Origin: Polyangiaceae bacterium
GTDB lineage: Bacteria > Myxococcota_A > Polyangia > Polyangiales > Polyangiaceae
Direction of reading: 5' to 3'
DNA length: 64,000 nt
NCBI GenBank assembly: GCA_033763455.1
Contig: JANRKO010000039.1
Coordinates: forward strand, 32,001 to 96,000
Each line of letters starts with the position of its first letter. Within the stretch, counting starts at the first letter, position 1. The notes beneath the pieces were generated by a model. It had not been told where the DNA came from, did no database searches, and saw only the letters and a list, made by a program, of their open reading frames with translations. The position numbers and the translations under genes were made by a program. This document shows, in pieces, positions 28,430-37,335 of this stretch.

Positions 28430-29581
28430 TTATTCGCAGGAAAGCACGTCCGCAATGCTCGTCTCAACGGTGAAGTTGGACTCGTCGGTGTGACGCTCTG
28501 CAAAGAACAAATTGAGCGCATAGGTTTGCCCCGGCACTATCCCGAGCTTCTCCGCATCGCGCTTCAAGTCGATAGTGCCCGTGAGGGAGCGGTGCAGGCC
28601 GCCAAGATCGAGGGCCAAGCGCCGATTGATGAACACCCACAAGTCGTCATCCCCCGTGAACTTAAACGTTTCTGTACCGAGATACACAAACTGCGTGGCC
28701 ACTTCGAGAGTGAAGTGAAAATTGTGACTTCGACCCTGATTGCCGAAGCCGAGCCCATCGATCGGAAAAAAAGCTTGGTTCGCATACTGGTAAAGCCCGG
28801 CGGCCGTTGAGGAGCTCAGTAACTGCAGCGGGATCTGAAGAGGCGTGTTCAGGCCCGGAACATCGCGATACCAAGTATCAAAATTCGCGCGTCCGCTGGT
28901 CGTTAACGTGCGTGTAGCAGACGCGTACACCGGCTTATCGTCTGGGCCGAGCTCGGAGGTCACCATGCCGGGGTCCCCGCGGCTAGTATCGAGGCCGACG
29001 ATATTTATCTCAAAGTCAGGGTGGGTGTCCCGGAAATCGCGGATAGTTGTTCGAAGCTTCGGGGGTTTGGGGGGCGGAGCGTCGCAAGGAGTGAACTTAC
29101 CGTCGACACACTTCTCGACGCCTTCTCCGCACGCACTCCGGCAGGGCGTTACAACTGGCGCCACCTCACACGCGGTCTCCCATGCACCCTCCTCGCACTT
29201 CTGGTTACCGGCGCCACACGCATTCGTGCAAGCTCGCGTTGCGGAAGGCACTTTGCAGGTACTCCACACACCGCTGGTGCAGCTCTCCACGCCAGTGCCA
29301 CAAGCGTTCCCGCAACTTCGGGTTACCTCCTTGACTTCACACTCGTTCCAGAACCCCTCTTTGCACGTCTGCTGCCCTATGCCGCAAGCGTTTTCACAGG
29401 TGCGCGTTTCCCCGAGTGCTTCACACGGCTGAGGGAGCGCCAACCCAGAGCGCCCACCGCACCCGAGCAGAGCTACCGTAAGGCCAAGAGCCGCGACACC
29501 GCAGACCCGCACAAGCCGCGACACCGCACGCGACCAGCTCGCTCTCCTGAAACGCCAGCGTCTTGTGCCTTCGGGTAACAA
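28430..29581 (-). CDS. Fibro-slime (PA14-related) domain lipoprotein with Cys-rich repeats
   Basis: 'LLGCGGR' lipobox; four 'C..ACG.G...C..G.(W/F)..C' repeats; 'IRDF..THPDFE', 'HNFHFT', 'GDDDLWVFIN', 'DLGGLH', 'FFAERH'. Start uncertain. Confidence 0.88.
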   Translation of the reverse strand: MLPEGTRRWRFRRASWSRAVSRLVRVCGVAALGLTVALLGCGGRSGLALPQPCEALGETRTCENACGIGQQTCKEGFWNECEVKEVTRSCGNACGTGVESCTSGVWSTCKVPSATRACTNACGAGNQKCEEGAWETACEVAPVVTPCRSACGEGVEKCVDGKFTPCDAPPPKPPKLRTTIRDFRDTHPDFEINIVGLDTSRGDPGMVTSELGPDDKPVYASATRTLTTSGRANFDTWYRDVPGLNTPLQIPLQLLSSSTAAGLYQYANQAFFPIDGLGFGNQGRSHNFHFTLEVATQFVYLGTETFKFTGDDDLWVFINRRLALDLGGLHRSLTGTIDLKRDAEKLGIVPGQTYALNLFFAERHTDESNFTVETSIADVLSCE

Positions 29582-29629
29582 CGCGGAGACGATGGCTCAG
29601 CCTAAGATTCAGAGCAATCGACCAGAGCC

Positions 29630-29758
29630 GGAAACATTGTTTCCAACCCGGAACGTTCCCTCACCCCGTGATTGAAAGATTCATCATTGATTTCAAGCTG
29701 TTGTTGCGGGGAGGTAACATTTCTGTCGCAGTTGTTTCGAAGAAAGCAACACGAAACA
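29630..29758. promoter_or_regulatory. Cluster of palindromic candidate operator sites in a divergent promoter
   Basis: GGAAACA-T-TGTTTCC (29630-29644), GGAACGTTCC (29650-29659), TGTTTCG-N12-CGAAACA (29733-29758). Confidence 0.4.
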
Positions 29759-29874
29759 TACCCGCAATATAGCCAAGGGTAGGTAGGTACCTGTGCGCCG
29801 CAGCCCAGCGGAAACGCACGCAACATGACAGAAACCCCCCCGGCCCCTCACATCACTTTAAGTGGAGAAAACCA

Positions 29875-30762
29875 ATGCGTAACACCGTTCTAGGACTTAT
29901 TTCGATCCTCACTGCCGGGGTAGCACTGCCATCCGTCGCCTTTGCTGAGGGCGAAGCCGCTACCGCGACCGCAACTACTACAGCCGAAACACCCGTGGCC
30001 ACCACCGAAGCGTCTACCACGACAGAAGCCGCCCCCCAGACGGCGCAGGCAGACGAGACACCAGCTCCGGCCCCCGAAACGCCGGCACCTGCTGAAGCTG
30101 CGCCTGCCGCCGAGGAAGAGACCTTTCCTGCGTCCTGGTTCCGAATTGATTCGGATGGGGGCTACTTACAACTCTGGGCGGGTGCGACTCACCCGTTAAC
30201 GGATAGCGTGGGGTTGGCCTCTGACATTTACGTGCTCAATTCGTTCGTGCCCAATCCCTTGGCTCCGCAAATGTTGAGCCTTGGTGAACTCGACGTTGGG
30301 CCAGCGATCACTGCTGGCTCCTTTACAGTCACGCCCATGCTGGGAGTACAGGCGGATTTGGGCAACCGTCGATTGGCCGCGCTCGTGCCACAGTTTTACC
30401 TCACGGGTGGTCCGGACCCTATTTATACCGAGCTCTGGATCCAGAACTACGCCTACACCGCGTTCGACAAGACTGGCGTCACCGCGACGGGTGGCGGCAA
30501 CTCAATCTACGCCCGCTGGTTCTTGGATTACAAACTCGGCAAATACGCTGCAGTTGGGCCTGAAGTGGAGCTAACCTACGCACTCAATAGTAAGTCAAAA
30601 GCGAATGGTGAGAGCCTCACCAGCCTGCCCGTCGGCGTAAACGTGATGCTCCCGAATTACGGCAAAGGGAACACCTTGTTCATCTTCGCCGGCTACGAAA
30701 CGCAAGACACCGCCAATGATTCACACTTTGCTGGCCGCTTGACCTTCGTGCGAAACTTCTAA
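29875..30762 (+). CDS. Putative outer-membrane beta-barrel protein with Ala/Thr/Pro/Glu-rich N-terminal linker
   Basis: GGAGA RBS, signal peptide ending AFA, amphipathic beta-strands, C-terminal 'GRLTFVRNF'. Confidence 0.7.
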   Translation: MRNTVLGLISILTAGVALPSVAFAEGEAATATATTTAETPVATTEASTTTEAAPQTAQADETPAPAPETPAPAEAAPAAEEETFPASWFRIDSDGGYLQLWAGATHPLTDSVGLASDIYVLNSFVPNPLAPQMLSLGELDVGPAITAGSFTVTPMLGVQADLGNRRLAALVPQFYLTGGPDPIYTELWIQNYAYTAFDKTGVTATGGGNSIYARWFLDYKLGKYAAVGPEVELTYALNSKSKANGESLTSLPVGVNVMLPNYGKGNTLFIFAGYETQDTANDSHFAGRLTFVRNF

Positions 30763-30805
30763 CCCGTCCCAAAGGTAGGCCCCTCGCGGGCTAACCTGAA
30801 AACAG

Positions 30806-30845
30806 AAGACCCGGTTCCGATCCACGGCACCGGGTCTTTCTTTCT
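30806..30845 (+). terminator. Rho-independent terminator, possibly bidirectional
   Basis: Stem AAGACCCGGT...ACCGGGTCTT followed by TCTTTCT, with an A-rich 5' flank; lies between convergent genes. Confidence 0.75.
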
Positions 30846-30855
30846 CCTTAACCAC

Positions 30856-32175
30856 TCAATACGGCGATGCCGGATTCAGCTCTCCGCCCTCTGCCGAAAC
30901 CGTAAGCGGCAATGCTGTCGCCGCACTCAGTGGAAATTGGACGCTATCCCCCGCTTGGAGCCTCGCGTACCGTAGCCCCTTAAACGTGAGGGTTTGGCCC
31001 GCCGCGCATTGCTCGGGCTGTTTTGCGCCCTCCACGATGTACGCTTGATTGCTTCCGAGCACGTGCCCCACGTTGTCTGAGCCGATCACAATCGCAGTGG
31101 CCTCGCTCACGCCAACCCCGTAGCTGCCAGGTGCCCAGCCATCAGCCACTGTGCGCGCCACAAAGCTCACGAGCCTTCCGAAGCGATCGCGCTGGGCAAA
31201 GTGCGTGTCCGTTACTACGGATTTGAGAGCTGGGAACTCTAAGATGCCTCGATCGAGAGTGATATTTCGAGCGAACGGATCGCTCAATGCCTCGGTTGAA
31301 ATGGCCGAACCTTGAGTCGCCGAATAAACGAATTCACCCAGAACAGCCAGGCCCGCGCTGGTGCCGCCAATTACGCCCCCGCGAGCGTACACCATACGGA
31401 GAGCCTCCTGCACGGCGGTGCCTTTCCAAAAGTTGATGTAGGTTGATTGATCTCCGCCCGCCATGAACACGCCTTCGGCATGCGAAACACGGTAACGAAC
31501 GTAGTCGCTATTGGCGAGATCGCGATCGGTAACCAGCATGGATTCCACCGAATCGGCGCCACCCATATCGAACAGGTAGTTGTTGTAACCGTCCGCTCCG
31601 CTGGTTCGCAGAATCACGATATCGCCGTGCGTAATCAGCCCGTTCCACCATTCGAATGCCGCTGTCACGTCCGTGCCACCGCCCATCAAGATCAGCCCAG
31701 GGCCGCTCGGAGCCACGTTGGCGTCAGCATCGTTGCCCGTTACGTACGTCACCAGGTTCGGTGGAACAGGCGGTGAAGCGGCGCCATCATTGAAGGTACC
31801 GCCGAGGCTCGTAGCTGCGTTACCACCCGACGCGTTGCTGTTGACCCCGCCTGAGCCCACCGGCAAAGGCGCCGTACCTCCGCTGGCCACCGAGGCAGCT
31901 CCGCCGGCAGGAGCCGCGTTGTTCGTCCCTCCCGCAGGAGCCGCGTTGTTCGCTCCGCCGGTCGATGGCCCACCCGTTCCGGGCGCCTCACCCGTGGCCT
32001 TGCCACCGCTCGCACTCCCAAGGCTCGTGTTTCCACCGCTACCAACACCCGCTGCAGTGCCTCCGCTCGCAGTCGCTTCGTGTCGGCGCTGAACCGACTC
32101 ACCCCCACAGGCTATCACCATTAGGCCCAAGGCCGTTGAGCCGCCCATGGCAGCTAAATACCTATTCGAGAACAT
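30856..32175 (-). CDS. Cyanophycinase-like (peptidase S51) lipoprotein
   Basis: 'IAC' lipobox, Gly-rich linker, 'ILMGGG', 'FMAGGDQ', 'GGTSAG' (catalytic Ser), 'DTHFAQRDRFGRL', 'GVSEATA'. Confidence 0.88.
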   Translation of the reverse strand: MFSNRYLAAMGGSTALGLMVIACGGESVQRRHEATASGGTAAGVGSGGNTSLGSASGGKATGEAPGTGGPSTGGANNAAPAGGTNNAAPAGGAASVASGGTAPLPVGSGGVNSNASGGNAATSLGGTFNDGAASPPVPPNLVTYVTGNDADANVAPSGPGLILMGGGTDVTAAFEWWNGLITHGDIVILRTSGADGYNNYLFDMGGADSVESMLVTDRDLANSDYVRYRVSHAEGVFMAGGDQSTYINFWKGTAVQEALRMVYARGGVIGGTSAGLAVLGEFVYSATQGSAISTEALSDPFARNITLDRGILEFPALKSVVTDTHFAQRDRFGRLVSFVARTVADGWAPGSYGVGVSEATAIVIGSDNVGHVLGSNQAYIVEGAKQPEQCAAGQTLTFKGLRYARLQAGDSVQFPLSAATALPLTVSAEGGELNPASPY

Positions 32176-32264
32176 GCCTTCACTCCGTGGTGCTAGACCG
32201 AGTGGGTGCGTACCATCACCGCTCGGACGGCAAGCTTAGCCTGAATTGAAGGGTGCTTGAGCCG

Positions 32265-33044
32265 CTACTTGTGGCAGCGCAAGCCGCGAGGTTCTGCTAA
32301 TTGAGGAAAATTCTTGTGCCCATGTGCGAACTGCTCCGCCGTTACCACGCGGTTCCCTGGGTCCGGGTGAGTGGAAAAGAACTCAGGAACCTGCAACGGC
32401 TCATCCGCTAAGCGTTTGAAAAAACTCGCCATGCCATTCGGGCGAATACCGGCGGCAACAAGCAATTCCAAACCCAGCCTATCGGCCTCCGCTTCTTGCT
32501 CTCGGCTAACGCGCAAAATCTCCACGTTGCCCAATAAATACGCGGGCACCTGGAAGCTCGTATCCCCGAACACAATGCCAACTGCGCTCCACCCGCTCAC
32601 CTGCCTCAATATAGTGCGCGTAGAATGGCGAAGCTCGACGTGCTGGAGCTCGTGAGCGACCACAGCGGCTATCTCTTCTCCACTCTTGGCCTTCTCGATC
32701 AAGCCGAAGTTGATGGTGATGAAACCGCCCGGCAAGGCAAATGCATTTACCTGAGGATCGTCGACGACGGAGAACTCGTAACGAAAGGGTGAGCCGGAGA
32801 GGCGGCTCACAAGTGGCTTGGTAATGGTTGCGATGTAACTTGCCAACTCGGGGTTGTCACAACGCTGCCCAAGAAAACGCTGCTGTTGCGACAGGGCTCG
32901 CCCAATTGAAATGTCCAGCTCTGGCGAGAGATGCGGGGTCAAAAAGGCCGCTACCACCCCCGCCCCCCGCACGACCAACCAAACCACCAGAACCAAACCA
33001 GCAAGCAGAATACTCAGCTCGACAACGGTACGCCGCCCGCTCAT
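32265..33044 (-). CDS. M48 family Zn metallopeptidase
   Basis: 'VNAFALPGG', 'AHELQH' (HExxH), 'EAEAD', 'STHP'; N-terminal TM. Start could be 33083. Confidence 0.9.
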   Translation of the reverse strand: MSGRRTVVELSILLAGLVLVVWLVVRGAGVVAAFLTPHLSPELDISIGRALSQQQRFLGQRCDNPELASYIATITKPLVSRLSGSPFRYEFSVVDDPQVNAFALPGGFITINFGLIEKAKSGEEIAAVVAHELQHVELRHSTRTILRQVSGWSAVGIVFGDTSFQVPAYLLGNVEILRVSREQEAEADRLGLELLVAAGIRPNGMASFFKRLADEPLQVPEFFSTHPDPGNRVVTAEQFAHGHKNFPQLAEPRGLRCHK

Positions 33045-33202
33045 CGTGAAGCCCTGCGTTGGGGGAATATCAGCTGGTTGCATAGGAAAACACTGTTTTT
33101 TGGGGATACGTACTACTCTTCGAGCCACGCGAACCTATGCACAAGGCTTGCCGGCTGAGCTCCAATTGGGCATAGCACGGAGGCCAAACCCGAGAACCTA
33201 AG

Positions 33203-33901
33203 ATGCAGCACAAAATTGAGCATGGCCCAGCTTTCTCGTGGCTCCGCGTCACTCTGGAACGGGGAGAAAGTATTCGAGCGGAGGCGGGCGCCATGGTGAT
33301 GAGGTCGACTCAAGTCGAGATGGAAACGCACCTGAATGCTGGCTACAAGCCGGGTATCTTCCAGCTCATGTGGGCATTTCTCGTGGCGCTTCTGCGCAAG
33401 CTCTTTGGAGGCGAGACGATGTTCCTCAATGATTTTTCCACTCAGGCCGCGCAAGCTGAAGTAGTGCTTGCCCCCGCGCTAGCGGGCGACATCCTCCACA
33501 AGCGGATGAACGCAGGCCAGAAGCTGTTCGTGCAAGCGGGGGGCTACCTCGCAAGCTCCGGAAGCCTCAACGCCCAGCTACGTTTTGGCGGGTTGCGCAC
33601 ATTATTCGGCGGTGAGGGGCTCGTGTTGCTGGAGTGTACGGGCGAAGGAGATCTGTTTGTGAACTCCTATGGCGGAATCACCCCCGTTGAAGTGCGCGGT
33701 TCGCTCACGGTGGACACCGGCCACATTGTGGCGTTCGACGGAAGTTTGGATTTTAAGGTAGGCAGCGTGGGCGGGCTGAAGAGCCTATTTTTGTCGGGTG
33801 AAGGGCTCGTGTGTCGCTTTTTCGGGCAGGGCACCGTCTACGTGCAGTCACGCAACCTAGAGAGCCTCGCAAGTTGGATTTCCCCGATGCTTCCCGGTTA
33901 A
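33203..33901 (+). CDS. TIGR00266 / AIM24 family protein (copy 1)
   Basis: 'AEAGAM', 'GGETMF.N', 'FGGEGL', 'VDTGHIVAF', 'SGEGLV...GQGTVYVQSRN'. Confidence 0.9.
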   Translation: MQHKIEHGPAFSWLRVTLERGESIRAEAGAMVMRSTQVEMETHLNAGYKPGIFQLMWAFLVALLRKLFGGETMFLNDFSTQAAQAEVVLAPALAGDILHKRMNAGQKLFVQAGGYLASSGSLNAQLRFGGLRTLFGGEGLVLLECTGEGDLFVNSYGGITPVEVRGSLTVDTGHIVAFDGSLDFKVGSVGGLKSLFLSGEGLVCRFFGQGTVYVQSRNLESLASWISPMLPG

Positions 33902-33917
33902 CAGCAAGGTAAGGCCC

Positions 33918-34607
33918 ATGAAATTTGAGCTCCAATACCGCCCTTCCCACGCGCTCGCCACCGTACACCTCGCTCCAGGTGAAACGCTGCGCGCAGAAGC
34001 CAGCTCCCTAGTTAGCATGACGCGCAACCTCCAGGTGCAGACGTCCTTTAGAGGCCGCGCAGGCTCCGGGATCCTCGGCAGCCTGAAACGTGGATTTTTG
34101 GGTGGCGAGAGCTTCTTCACCAACACCTTCACAGCGGTAGGCCAGGGCGGGCATGTGTCCCTCGCACCCAAGCTGTGTGGCGATATGGTAGTTCACGAGT
34201 TAACTCCTCCTGAGGAGCTCTTCATTCAGGGTTCAAGCTACGTGGCCGCTCCCGATAGCGTGGCTCTGGATACTGAGTGGCAAGGCATGAAGAGCTTCTT
34301 GTCAGGCGAGTCACTTTTCTTTTTGCGGGCGTACGGCGCCGGGCCCGTCTTGCTGAATGCTTTTGGCGCTATCCAACCCATCGATTTGGACGGCGAGCTC
34401 ATCTTAGATACGGGGCACCTGGTCGCATTCACTGGGGGTATCCAGTACGAAATCACCAAGGCCAGTCGCGGGTGGATTGATAGCTTCCTTTCCGGCGAGG
34501 GTTTCGTGCTGCGAGTGTGGGGGCGCGGAAAGCTCTACGTTCAGACACGAAATCCCCAAGAATATGGCCGCTCACTCGGCAAGCGGCTCCCAGCGAGGCA
34601 AGCATGA
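33918..34607 (+). CDS. TIGR00266 / AIM24 family protein (copy 2)
   Basis: 'GGESFFTNTF', 'SGESLF', 'DTGHLVAF', 'SGEGFV...QTRN'. Confidence 0.9.
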   Translation: MKFELQYRPSHALATVHLAPGETLRAEASSLVSMTRNLQVQTSFRGRAGSGILGSLKRGFLGGESFFTNTFTAVGQGGHVSLAPKLCGDMVVHELTPPEELFIQGSSYVAAPDSVALDTEWQGMKSFLSGESLFFLRAYGAGPVLLNAFGAIQPIDLDGELILDTGHLVAFTGGIQYEITKASRGWIDSFLSGEGFVLRVWGRGKLYVQTRNPQEYGRSLGKRLPARQA

Positions 34608-35293
34608 AGCACGAAGTTTTGGGCGGGGCCGATTACGGTCTCTTACAGATTACCTTTGAAGCGCCGGGCGAACGCGTCGTCGCTGAGTCCGGAGCTCTTC
34701 TGGCGATGGACTCTGAAATAGAGATCAGTACAAGCGCTCGCGGAGGCCTACTCGGCGCAGCTAAACGCAAGCTGCTTGGGGGGGAGTCCATCTTTCAAAA
34801 CACTTTCACCGCTAAAGCTGCGGGGCAACGGCTGTGGCTCGCCCCGCCTGTGGAAGGCGAGCTCAAGGCCATCGAGCTTCAAGCGGGCGAAGTGTTCTAT
34901 CTTCAGAGCGGGGCCTACGTCGCTCAACTCGGAGAGCAGCTCAAGCTCAACACCCAATGGGGTGGCGTGAAGGGCTTCTTCAGTGGCGTTGGCCTGTTCT
35001 TGTTGAAGGTTGAAGGCCCGGGCACGGTATTTTTCGGTGGGTACGGCGCCTTGCATCCGGTAGTGGTAGATCGCGAGGGCTACACCGCGGATACGGGCCA
35101 CATTGTGGCCTTCACATCAGGCCTCAACTACCAGGTTCGCACTTTCGGCGGCATGAAGGGGTTATTCTTGTCTGGTGAAGGCCTCATTTGCGATTTTCAA
35201 GGCCACGGCACCGTTTACCTGCAAACGCGTGATCCACACCTACTCGCGGACTTTCTGCACCCTTTCCGCCCCGTCCAGAGCTCGAACAGCTGA
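34604..35293 (+). CDS. TIGR00266 / AIM24 family protein (copy 3)
   Basis: ATGA overlap with copy 2; 'AESGA', 'GGESIFQNTF', 'DTGHIVAF', 'SGEGL...QTR'. Confidence 0.9.
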   Translation: MKHEVLGGADYGLLQITFEAPGERVVAESGALLAMDSEIEISTSARGGLLGAAKRKLLGGESIFQNTFTAKAAGQRLWLAPPVEGELKAIELQAGEVFYLQSGAYVAQLGEQLKLNTQWGGVKGFFSGVGLFLLKVEGPGTVFFGGYGALHPVVVDREGYTADTGHIVAFTSGLNYQVRTFGGMKGLFLSGEGLICDFQGHGTVYLQTRDPHLLADFLHPFRPVQSSNS

Positions 35294-35635
35294 TAGCGTG
35301 CTCCCACGGCAACGCCTCAAAATCACCCACCAACATCTATGCCGCGGAATCGGGGACGGTATGGCGCGATCGACGCCACGCTGAAGCCGCCGTGCTGCCT
35401 CCACCTTCGCAAAACCACGCCGTGCCTCGGCTGTGCGTGGCCGTGAGGCGCGGCAACAAAGACGACCATGGAAAACCTAAGGCTAACCTTCGTACACTCA
35501 AGGGGGTCACGCGGCGATTAGAGTACTTAGCATAACAAGTACCTGCTGCGGTGCTGTAAGGGCTCCGAGGTAAGGTGTAAACGCGGCTCAACTTTCCCCG
35601 CCGGCGTAAGCGCTGCTCTATTTCTCTGGCCGCAG

Positions 35636-37270
35636 CTACTTAGCCCAGTCCGCGGCAAGTAATGTACCCGGGCGCGCCACCTTTAGCTTAGCGCGTGCAC
35701 CTTCGAATTTCGGTTCGTTCCAAAACATTAAGCAGCCGTTGCATCCCAATCCACAGCAACCCTCTAGCCCCAAGCGCGGCGGTGGCCGGACCTCTTTTGA
35801 ACGCGCACTCGCCACGAGGGCTGACGCGGGGATTAGCCCCAATTCTGCCTTCTGAGCCTGCTGATTGGCCTTTAAGAAGCCGGCTTGTTCGGCATTCAAG
35901 AGCGCACGCTTTCGCACCAGCGTTCCGAGTGGCAACCTTTGGCGCAAGCTCGACTGATCTTCATTGTGAAAGAGGCTCATCGGAATGCGCGCCGCTCGGC
36001 CATCACCGGCAGAGAGCTTCTCTTTCTTCTCCAAAGATGCGGCATCGATCAGATCGTACAAACGCAGGCGTACCGCCGATAAATCGCCGGGCGGTAGAAA
36101 TTCCAAGATATCTCCGGGAAGCCAACGGTTGCGAAGCTCCACCACCAACGCATCCGCCTCCCATTCGCGAACGAAACCCGCAAACTCAAACGCACTCAGA
36201 GATTGTCCGTTTTCGTAGTCGTGCGCCAAATTCGTGAGGCGGCCTTCGTGAAAGCCCAAGGTATACCCTCGTGATTTGGTGGCCTCGAGCTCGCTCATGA
36301 AAGGCCGAAAATCCCAAGCTTCAGGATCCGCATAATACGCGTCTATCGCTTGCCTATAGGCGCGCGCTACAAGGCCTACGTAATATTCATTCTTGTTTCG
36401 CCCCTCCACCTTAAGCGAATCCACACCTAGCTTCAGGTATTGGTCGAGCTTTGGCATCAGGCATAAATCGCGGGAATTTAGAATGTACGAACCGCGCTCA
36501 TCTTCCTCAATCGGGAATAGCTGCCCTGGCCTAAATTCTTCCTCAAGAAAGAACTTGAAATCATCCATGTTCTTATCGGTGATTTCCATCACTTCGGTGG
36601 TGCCGTCTGCACGCGCCACCTTCAAGTTGTATTTCCAGCGGCAGCTGTGCGCACAGTTGCCCTGATTGCTGCCTCGCTCAGCCATATAGTTGCTGAGCAA
36701 GCAACGCCCAGAATACGTCATACACAGCGCGCCATGGATGAATGTCTCTAGCCGAATATTAGGAGAACGTTCGCGGATCTCTGATAGCTCTTCAAAGCTT
36801 ACTTCGCGCGAGAGCACGCATAGCGCCGCGCCTTGTTTCTGCCAGTAATCCACCGTGAGGAAGGAGGAAACATTGGCCTGGGTTGAGATATGGCGCTCCA
36901 ACCACGGCGCCTCATCTTTAAAGAACTGGAAAACTCCAGGGTCCGCCACGATTATGCCATCGGGGCGCAAGTCCGAGAGCAGATCTTTGAAACGCGCTAA
37001 CGTCTCGACGTCCCGATTGTGCGTGAAGAGATTGAGCGTGAGGTAGATGCGCTTGCCCGCGGCATGGGTCAGGGCAATGCCTTCGGCGAGGTCATCGACC
37101 GAAAATTCGGACTGCGTGCGCAGAGAAAGATCGGGGGTCCCAGCGTAGACGGCGTCGGCTCCGTAGAGCAAAGCTGTCTTGAGGCAGCTCAAGGACCCTG
37201 CCGGCATCAAGAGTTCGCTCTTCCTGGGGGTTACGGCGGAGGGCGAAACGGGGGAGGTTGAGGCTGGCAT
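35636..37270 (-). CDS. trhP: Peptidase U32 family tRNA 5-hydroxyuridine synthase (TrhP/YegQ-like) with extra C-terminal Cys-rich tail
   Basis: 'ELLMPAG', 'GADAVYAG', 'HISTQAN', 'HGALCMTYSGRCLLS...NQGNCAHSCRW', 'SLKVEGR'; adjacent to cmoA/cmoB. Confidence 0.85.
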   Translation of the reverse strand: MPASTSPVSPSAVTPRKSELLMPAGSLSCLKTALLYGADAVYAGTPDLSLRTQSEFSVDDLAEGIALTHAAGKRIYLTLNLFTHNRDVETLARFKDLLSDLRPDGIIVADPGVFQFFKDEAPWLERHISTQANVSSFLTVDYWQKQGAALCVLSREVSFEELSEIRERSPNIRLETFIHGALCMTYSGRCLLSNYMAERGSNQGNCAHSCRWKYNLKVARADGTTEVMEITDKNMDDFKFFLEEEFRPGQLFPIEEDERGSYILNSRDLCLMPKLDQYLKLGVDSLKVEGRNKNEYYVGLVARAYRQAIDAYYADPEAWDFRPFMSELEATKSRGYTLGFHEGRLTNLAHDYENGQSLSAFEFAGFVREWEADALVVELRNRWLPGDILEFLPPGDLSAVRLRLYDLIDAASLEKKEKLSAGDGRAARIPMSLFHNEDQSSLRQRLPLGTLVRKRALLNAEQAGFLKANQQAQKAELGLIPASALVASARSKEVRPPPRLGLEGCCGLGCNGCLMFWNEPKFEGARAKLKVARPGTLLAADWAK

Positions 37271-37335
37271 AGGGCACACTTTGGATGCTGGCGACTAGCA
37301 TACTTCCTTGGCAAAGTTGGCTAGATTGGAGACGC

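Noticed and set aside
35294..35635. 342-bp gap between AIM24 copy 3 and trhP, with short ORFs
   Set aside because: No convincing RBS-linked ORF, terminator or RNA motif recognised.
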